A stretch of 64,000 nucleotides of DNA from an uncultured virus (IMG/VR IMGVR_UViG_3300032116_000127) (lineage: Duplodnaviria; Heunggongvirae; Uroviricota; Caudoviricetes). The DNA is taken from the IMG/VR virus record IMGVR_UViG_3300032116_000127. One strand, 5' to 3'. A model generated the notes under the pieces. That model saw nothing but the letters and a program-made list of their open reading frames with translations. It searched no databases and was not told where the DNA came from. Position numbers and translations under genes: made by a program. Positions 57,649-64,000 of the stretch are shown piece by piece. The stretch's first letter is position 1. Each line of letters begins with the position of its first letter.

Positions 57649-60285
57649 TTATGTGTATAAGTCGAATAATAAATTGTTATTATCCCAATTGTAAATAGAC
57701 GCATCCATTTCTACACTGTCTGCATCCATAGTAAATGTATCATCAAACGTGAATCGAGCATCGTCTGTCGAGAATCTTAAAGCTGATGCTGGAAGCCTGA
57801 TAATACCAATCTCTGATTCAATTGCAAAATTGACTTTCCTATAAGGGTTATTTAGTATTTCTCCTACAGTTAAGTTGGTAAAATCTTTAATTTGAGTATT
57901 ACCATAATTCCAATAATTAAAGTTTGGATTTGGGTAAGTATTCGCTAATCCATATGTACCTGTTGTATATGCAGGAGTTCCATCACTATTTGCGAATTTA
58001 GTACCTGAAATACTTGGTTTATGAGTAAATTTATATCTTTCAAGATCAACTAAATTTATACCATATCTTCTTGCACTTCCATCGAAAGCAGGAGTTGATT
58101 TATTAAGTAAAGTGACTGGATTTCTATCTAGTTTATTCGCTTTTGTTAATAATTTAGCAAGATTAATTTCAAGCTGTTTCGCTTGTTCGAATCCTATAAC
58201 TTCTGCTCTTAAATCCAACAAATGTATTTCTTGTGGTGTAAGGTTTGGAAAGTTTAATGTTGGTAAGAATTCTGAAGCTAATACACTTATATTTAGTGTT
58301 GAAACTACGAAGTCTGTTATGCCCAAAATTATCTGATTTTTACTTAAAGTAGCATACATTTCTCCTGCTGTACGATAGTTTCCTACAGCTTTCATCTTTA
58401 AGTCTATTAGTTGACGAATATTATAGTTTAATATTTCTCTTCGAAGTTTAGTTTCGGTTTTTATAGTATTTTTAATTTTAACTTCTCCAAATAATGCCAG
58501 ACCAATTGGATGTAATAATTTTTTTACAGCATCACGATATAGGTTAATACTCTGTCCTACTTTTACAACATATGAAAAATCTTGGTAGTAAAGAGAGTCT
58601 TGAATACGTTTAGAACTTTCAGATATTTGTCCGTCTGAAGAACTAAATCCACCAACTTGAGAAGTGACTGCATTTACTCTTACTCGAATATTTGGATTTG
58701 AAATAGAACAAATAGTTGCAGTTGTATTAGAAGTTAAACCTCTAATCCTCATATTGTGTTGAAATTGTCCTGATTCTTCTCTTACAAATATATCAGCATC
58801 TTCATCTAATATATAACCACTCTCATCTTCTTTTAAAAATCCATTAAAAGATGTTCCTTCTTTTAATTTAATTAAATGTGTATCATTATCTATTTTTTCT
58901 AATATTGCTTGAGCAACTTGTTGTTTCTCATTTAAAAATTTATCACCATTTTCTAATATTAAATTATCATCAGTATTTCTTTCTAAACGAATTGATTGTG
59001 GCAAACTTGTAATAGTTTCACCTGTTATAAAACTTCCTGATGGGTTTTTAATAACTACAGAAAGAGGTACAAAAAAATAAGGAGGATTTATATAGTCAAA
59101 TCCACTTTCAGAAGTCACAATACTTGTTATTCTACCAATACTGTTTGATGCTGCTAATATTTTACCATTTGCTCTTCCAGATCCAGTTGGTAAAGAACAA
59201 ATAGGAAGTTTGCTGTAAAAAGCACCACCTGAAAGTAAAGTTGCTTTCTTAATTGCACCTGAATTTGAAGATTCAATATCAATATCTCCTAATTCTTCTG
59301 AAAGTAATTTTCCTGAATCGTCTTCTAATAAAAAAGAATCTCTATCTACTTCTGAAACAAATCCTGTTGCAGTTAATGATGGTGATAACTCTGGTCCTCC
59401 AGTTCCTGTATTATTAAAACTAATTACATCCCCTATTTGATATCCAACACCACCTGCTGCTACAATTAATTCAGAAACAGATCCAGGAGAAACTGCTCCT
59501 ACTTCTGAACGAGCAAGGACTCCTGTTGGTGAAGAAAAATAAACTATGTCACCAACATTACTGTAAGTTCCACCTTGATTATTAATGATTGAAAATTGTT
59601 GAATGATTGGTAATACAGTACAAACTATTGGAGTATTATCAATAAAAGATGTTCCAGTAATAGTATATGTTTGAATATCATTTGTTTGTTTAAATGTTCC
59701 TATAATACTATCTTTACTTAATGTTAATTCAGCTATGTCTTGTGTCAAATATCGAAAAAGAATTACGTTCTCTACTCGAGCTGTTGCTTTTTCTACATCG
59801 CCATTTGGAAATATTCTTGTTTGAGTAATTAATTGTCCTAGTAAATTACGAGCATCACCAGTGGTAGAAACAACACGAATTAATTGTCTTTCGCTCCATT
59901 TACCATCTGATACACGAAGCATATCAACTTTAGGAAAATATACTTCGGCATCTTCATTAAACAATATACGAAAAAGAAATTTATATGAAGCTTCTGTTCC
60001 TTTTGATAGGTATAAATCTTTAATGTGTTTAGCTAAGAATCTTTTATCTGATATAACTTCTCTTGGAATACTGTGTAATATTTCTTTTGAAAAGAATTCA
60101 ATAAACATATTGACTGTGTTGTCAATATCTCTTATATCTTCTAAATGTTGTTGTGGGTAAAAATTTTCAAGCCACTCATAGTATGCTTTTAAAAAATCAA
60201 TAAACTTTTGATTATCATCCCTTACAAATTCAGGAACTTGTTTATTAACTACTATTGATGCTGTTGCTTTTACTGAAGCTGGCAT
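57649..60285 (-). CDS. gp7: Baseplate wedge initiator
   Basis: Q.PEFV, F..FLKAYYEWLE, Y.SKGT..S...LFRILF, IQDS.YYQDFSYV.K, HP.G...FGE. Confidence 0.8.
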   Translation of the reverse strand: MPASVKATASIVVNKQVPEFVRDDNQKFIDFLKAYYEWLENFYPQQHLEDIRDIDNTVNMFIEFFSKEILHSIPREVISDKRFLAKHIKDLYLSKGTEASYKFLFRILFNEDAEVYFPKVDMLRVSDGKWSERQLIRVVSTTGDARNLLGQLITQTRIFPNGDVEKATARVENVILFRYLTQDIAELTLSKDSIIGTFKQTNDIQTYTITGTSFIDNTPIVCTVLPIIQQFSIINNQGGTYSNVGDIVYFSSPTGVLARSEVGAVSPGSVSELIVAAGGVGYQIGDVISFNNTGTGGPELSPSLTATGFVSEVDRDSFLLEDDSGKLLSEELGDIDIESSNSGAIKKATLLSGGAFYSKLPICSLPTGSGRANGKILAASNSIGRITSIVTSESGFDYINPPYFFVPLSVVIKNPSGSFITGETITSLPQSIRLERNTDDNLILENGDKFLNEKQQVAQAILEKIDNDTHLIKLKEGTSFNGFLKEDESGYILDEDADIFVREESGQFQHNMRIRGLTSNTTATICSISNPNIRVRVNAVTSQVGGFSSSDGQISESSKRIQDSLYYQDFSYVVKVGQSINLYRDAVKKLLHPIGLALFGEVKIKNTIKTETKLRREILNYNIRQLIDLKMKAVGNYRTAGEMYATLSKNQIILGITDFVVSTLNISVLASEFLPTLNFPNLTPQEIHLLDLRAEVIGFEQAKQLEINLAKLLTKANKLDRNPVTLLNKSTPAFDGSARRYGINLVDLERYKFTHKPSISGTKFANSDGTPAYTTGTYGLANTYPNPNFNYWNYGNTQIKDFTNLTVGEILNNPYRKVNFAIESEIGIIRLPASALRFSTDDARFTFDDTFTMDADSVEMDASIYNWDNNNLLFDLYT

Positions 60286-60290
60286 AGTTT

Positions 60291-62138
60291 TTATCTACTA
60301 GTTGAGAATATAAAATCTTTTCCTGATACACTTTCACCAGAAGCAATTTTATCAGATATAACATTTACTTCTATATCTTGTTCTCTTATAAATGCTAATT
60401 GATTTCTAACAGATATTACATCATAAGAAGCAGGTTCTACTCTAAAAGTTATTTTACCATTAGTATCACCTTGTGTTATGTTGATACTATCAATTGATAT
60501 TTTACCAGTTGAATAATTTACTGTACCGATATATGATGGTGTATAAATTTTAACGTTTGCAGCAGTAAGATAAAACAATCTTAAATTACCGATTGCATTG
60601 TCTTCAATATAATACGTATCTGTACTTCCTGCTATTTTAAATCCTGATGACGACACAGAAATAGAAGCATTTTGTGTTGAAGTTGGTCTATAAATTGGAT
60701 TATTTAATGAAAATGTATATTTTGTATTTGTATTAAATTGTGGTGTTAAAAGATACTTTAATTGAATTTTAGTAATGTTTGATACAATGCTACTTTCACT
60801 AGTATCAATTAAAATTGATAATGCTGATTCACGAAATACTGCATCAAATTTATTTAAATTATTTGTGTTATAGTTTTTAATTGCATCAATAACGATGCTT
60901 TTTATAGTATCAGCACTACGAGTTGTTGATTTAGGATTATAATACACATTTGAATTTACTGATATGTATAATATGTCAGGATCTACTATTTCAGGAATAA
61001 TACTCACTAAGCTTTTTCCTTTTACAATATCTTTAATTATAATTTGTTTTGTACTTTGTGTAAGAGTATCTCCTGTTTTTGGTTTAATGCAAATATATGC
61101 TTTTCCATAAATTGGTGGATCATTTTCTTCCCCACCCCAAACAGAAATAGCATCTACATTATTATAAAATTTAGGAATAAGTGTTTTATAATCTTCTGCA
61201 GTCACAGCACGATTTTGAGCTGTAAAATTTTTAGGAGCATTATATTTTATACTGTCTATCGACTCAGGTACAGAACCACCTGCTGCAATAGATTTAGTCA
61301 CAATTGATACGTTAGCTGTATTTGTGAATGCATTTCCTGTGTATGTGAAAGTAGATGTACCATTTGGTTCTGATTCACTGCAAACAAAATAATCTATAAT
61401 AATGTTTGCACCATTTGCTGGAGCAAATCCCAATAAGCCATCACCAAAAGAAATAACATAATTACCATCATCATTTTCTTTTAAAAAATAAACACGTGAT
61501 GATGGAGTTAATGTAGCGAAATTATCAGCAAGAGTATATACTGTATTTGCTGCTGATCCTGCTACTTCTTGAACGTTCACTTTAATTGTTGAAGTATCTA
61601 CTTTAAGATTTGGAACTGTATAAGAACCATTTGTGACCATTGAATATGTTTTTTGTAATAATCTTCCTTCAATTATAGGAATATTTAAAAATGAATATGT
61701 ATTTGTGACTGAACGAGAAACAGTAATTGCACTATCAGTTGAGAAATTAAAATTACTTCCACTGAAATTTGAACTAAATGAAGTTCCTGCTGGTATAGTA
61801 AGTGTAGTTGGATTTCCTGACACGTTAGAAATTATTATATCAACAAGTGCTCTTGAAGCAATACTTGATGATGGAGTATATCCTAATGACTTAGCAAGAC
61901 TTACAACTGATGAACGTTTAACAGCACTATCTAAAAACATTTCATTAACACTCAAATTATAATATAAAGCATTATAGTGTGTGTTATAGGCAAGTACATC
62001 TAATAGAATCGAAAGACCAGATCCTTCAAAATTGTAATCGCTAAATGCATTTTGTGCTTTTAAATAAGTTTTTATATTCTTTTTTATTTCATCAAAATCT
62101 AATTCAGTGACTTTAATGTTTCTACTTGTTTCTGCCAT
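60291..62138 (-). CDS. gp6: Baseplate wedge protein
   Basis: LDFD.IK, DY.FEGSGLS.L.DVLAYNTHY, FGDG, AP.....QNRAVT..DY, WGGE.N.PP.YGK. Confidence 0.95.
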   Translation of the reverse strand: MAETSRNIKVTELDFDEIKKNIKTYLKAQNAFSDYNFEGSGLSILLDVLAYNTHYNALYYNLSVNEMFLDSAVKRSSVVSLAKSLGYTPSSSIASRALVDIIISNVSGNPTTLTIPAGTSFSSNFSGSNFNFSTDSAITVSRSVTNTYSFLNIPIIEGRLLQKTYSMVTNGSYTVPNLKVDTSTIKVNVQEVAGSAANTVYTLADNFATLTPSSRVYFLKENDDGNYVISFGDGLLGFAPANGANIIIDYFVCSESEPNGTSTFTYTGNAFTNTANVSIVTKSIAAGGSVPESIDSIKYNAPKNFTAQNRAVTAEDYKTLIPKFYNNVDAISVWGGEENDPPIYGKAYICIKPKTGDTLTQSTKQIIIKDIVKGKSLVSIIPEIVDPDILYISVNSNVYYNPKSTTRSADTIKSIVIDAIKNYNTNNLNKFDAVFRESALSILIDTSESSIVSNITKIQLKYLLTPQFNTNTKYTFSLNNPIYRPTSTQNASISVSSSGFKIAGSTDTYYIEDNAIGNLRLFYLTAANVKIYTPSYIGTVNYSTGKISIDSINITQGDTNGKITFRVEPASYDVISVRNQLAFIREQDIEVNVISDKIASGESVSGKDFIFSTSR

Positions 62139-62530
62139 TATCGTGTTCTTTCAAGTGTTAAAGTTAATTCTATTGGTGTAGCTGTATTAATAATTTTAAA
62201 TACAATACGAATATCTACGTAATTCTCATCAGGTCGAACATTAACAAAAACATCAACTAGTTGTACTCTTGGTTCGTAATTTCTTATTACATCTACTATA
62301 CTTCTTTTAATAATTGAAACAGACATTTCAGTGACTGGTTCAAATAATAAACCACGAACTTGACTGCCAATTTCACTATGGAATGGTCTTTCAAAATTTT
62401 TAGTAAGTATTAAATTTCGGACACTTTGTTTAATCGCTTGTTCATCATATTTTATAGCTACATCCTTATTAACTGGATGTGCTGTAAAATTAAGATCTAA
62501 ATCTGTAAATGTTCTTGTATTTGTAGGCAT
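62138..62530 (-). CDS. gp25: Baseplate wedge/sheath initiator
   Basis: DLDL.F..HP, AIKQSVRNL.LT...ERPF, YEPRV. Confidence 0.95.
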   Translation of the reverse strand: MPTNTRTFTDLDLNFTAHPVNKDVAIKYDEQAIKQSVRNLILTKNFERPFHSEIGSQVRGLLFEPVTEMSVSIIKRSIVDVIRNYEPRVQLVDVFVNVRPDENYVDIRIVFKIINTATPIELTLTLERTR

Positions 62531-62534
62531 ATTA

Positions 62535-62542
62535 TATTTAGT
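62535..62542 (-). promoter_or_regulatory. Late promoter ACTAAATA
   Basis: Only 4 nt from ATG 62530. Confidence 0.55.
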
Positions 62543-62844
62543 TATCCTATATTAACTTTTGGTGAACAAAGTGGTCCGACAGAATCGCCACAGGCTATTG
62601 GGTCTCCTAATCTAACAGCCATTTTTCCTTCTATAAAAACCTTTTTTGATCCTAATACTACTCTTCTAGATGCTCCACTGTGTACTATTAAACCACAAAT
62701 ATGTGAAATATAAATTGTATGATTTACTAAAGGAACTGCTAATCCATTAATAGTTGTTTTCAAACTAAATGGTCCAGCAGGCAATCTTGCTGGCCAACAG
62801 CCATGTCCTGATGATAAAGTAGTTGTTAGTGCTGCTAATGGCAT
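62542..62844 (-). CDS. PAAR spike-tip protein (gp5.4-like)
   Basis: GHGCWP, H.C...H, GS..V...G....R.GD.I.CG. Confidence 0.9.
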   Translation of the reverse strand: MPLAALTTTLSSGHGCWPARLPAGPFSLKTTINGLAVPLVNHTIYISHICGLIVHSGASRRVVLGSKKVFIEGKMAVRLGDPIACGDSVGPLCSPKVNIG

Positions 62845-62846
62845 AT

Positions 62847-64000
62847 TTATTTAACCTCTGATATTAAAGAGAAACCATCCGATACTTTTAAATGGTCTCT
62901 CATAGTAAATGTTTCGAATCTATTTCCTGCATATTTCCATGAACAATGCAACCAAACTGATTTTTTACCTGCATACGATAATACTATACGATCAAATCCA
63001 TAAGGTAAAGATAAAACTAAATCTATTGCTGCTTGATAATGTTGAGCACGATTCCAACTTGAGAATATAATATCAACAGCTTCACCTGTGTAATGTTGAG
63101 ATGTTTCAGGAGATCCTGCTTGAATTTGATTATTTCTATATCCATTTACAATTAAAACGTTTTTGAATAAATCTTTCATTGGTTCAATAAGATATGTTGC
63201 CATTCCTTTTAAATTACAAACTATTTGTTTTGGTTCTACTCCCATTTGTGATATAATAGGAATACCACCATTTCGATTTAATGCTCCTAATTGAACACGA
63301 GCAGATAATTGTAAGCTAGGTTCGTAATTAGTTAAACCATAAATGTATTCACATTTTTGTTCTGCTGTTGCTATTTCTGATTTAACTGTTGGTACAGTTT
63401 TAACAGAAACATTACCTAAATCTAAATTTTTACGAATATATAAACCACGTTGTATTTGTCGTTCACGATGAGTTTGGGCATCTCCTTCATCAGGAACTTC
63501 ATAAACAAAATACTCTCTTGCTGAACGTGAATTAACTTGTAATTCAGGTATAACTGGCATTTGTGTATCAATAATTTCATTTGTTGTAATTGCTAATCCT
63601 GATGGAGTAAATCCATTGGCTATTTCTACTTTACTACCATCTAATTCTAAAACTTGTGCTGCACCTAATGTAGCCATTCCTTTTGACTCCATACGTATTT
63701 GTCCAGCAACTAATCTAAATTCACCACCAACATTTAAATTCATATCACCAGCAACTGTGACTTTGCAATCATTATTGATTACAACTTCTCCTGGACCATC
63801 TATTCTTATTTTTGCTCCAGCTTTAAGCACTGCATTTAATTCACCATAAACTGTTAAATTTTTTGTACCACCAACTAATTCATATGTATTTCTTTCACTC
63901 AATTGATAACGATCTCCTACTACACGATCAGTTAATGTACCATTATGATCCCATTCCATCCAACTTCCACGTTTATGGAATATATTAATTCTTTCAGCAT
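62847..64000 (-). CDS. gp5: Central spike gp5 (5' end outside window) with C-terminal M15 peptidase
   Basis: Frame open to window edge (AERINIFHKRGSWME); V.G beta-helix repeats; GYR...SQH..GEAVD...WLH; adjacent to PAAR and gp25. Confidence 0.8.
   Translation of the reverse strand, partial: AERINIFHKRGSWMEWDHNGTLTDRVVGDRYQLSERNTYELVGGTKNLTVYGELNAVLKAGAKIRIDGPGEVVINNDCKVTVAGDMNLNVGGEFRLVAGQIRMESKGMATLGAAQVLELDGSKVEIANGFTPSGLAITTNEIIDTQMPVIPELQVNSRSAREYFVYEVPDEGDAQTHRERQIQRGLYIRKNLDLGNVSVKTVPTVKSEIATAEQKCEYIYGLTNYEPSLQLSARVQLGALNRNGGIPIISQMGVEPKQIVCNLKGMATYLIEPMKDLFKNVLIVNGYRNNQIQAGSPETSQHYTGEAVDIIFSSWNRAQHYQAAIDLVLSLPYGFDRIVLSYAGKKSVWLHCSWKYAGNRFETFTMRDHLKVSDGFSLISEVK

Noticed and set aside
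1..64000. tRNAs, introns, inteins, homing endonucleases, stop-codon recoding
   Set aside because: Intergenic gaps are short with no cloverleaf seen, and core genes are uninterrupted and of normal length under the standard code.

Overview
A 64-kb AT-rich segment of a T4-like myovirus, probably an aquatic phage of a proteobacterial host (host is inference). All credible genes are on the minus strand. Read in transcription order (64000 to 1), it carries the baseplate genes (gp5 C-terminus, PAAR, gp25, gp6, gp7, gp8, a VrlC-like giant protein), a ~17-kb tail-fibre/adaptor cluster, and the neck, terminase, tail and head genes (gp13-15, 17-23, 3). Next come uvsY, uvsW, gp55, gp47/46 and peptide deformylase, an accessory vWA-metallopeptidase + MoxR AAA+ module, gp45/44/62, regA and a small heat-shock operon. 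The most notable signals are: (1) the AAA+/vWA module has two free-standing copies of the ATPase N-domain and a stand-alone LigA domain-Ia protein, and is driven by a distinct promoter class with lambda-H'-like IHF sites; (2) GTWAC is strongly depleted and was seen only as TGTWACA; (3) an RpoH-like promoter and a ROSE-type RNA thermometer precede a phasin-like gene coupled to hsp20; (4) gp5 ends in a C-terminal M15 peptidase, like an evolved VgrG; (5) there are leaderless early genes, an antisense promoter and a candidate H-type pseudoknot; (6) fibre proteins share recurring terminal docking-like motifs. All calls come from motif reading and synteny by eye; no database search was run.
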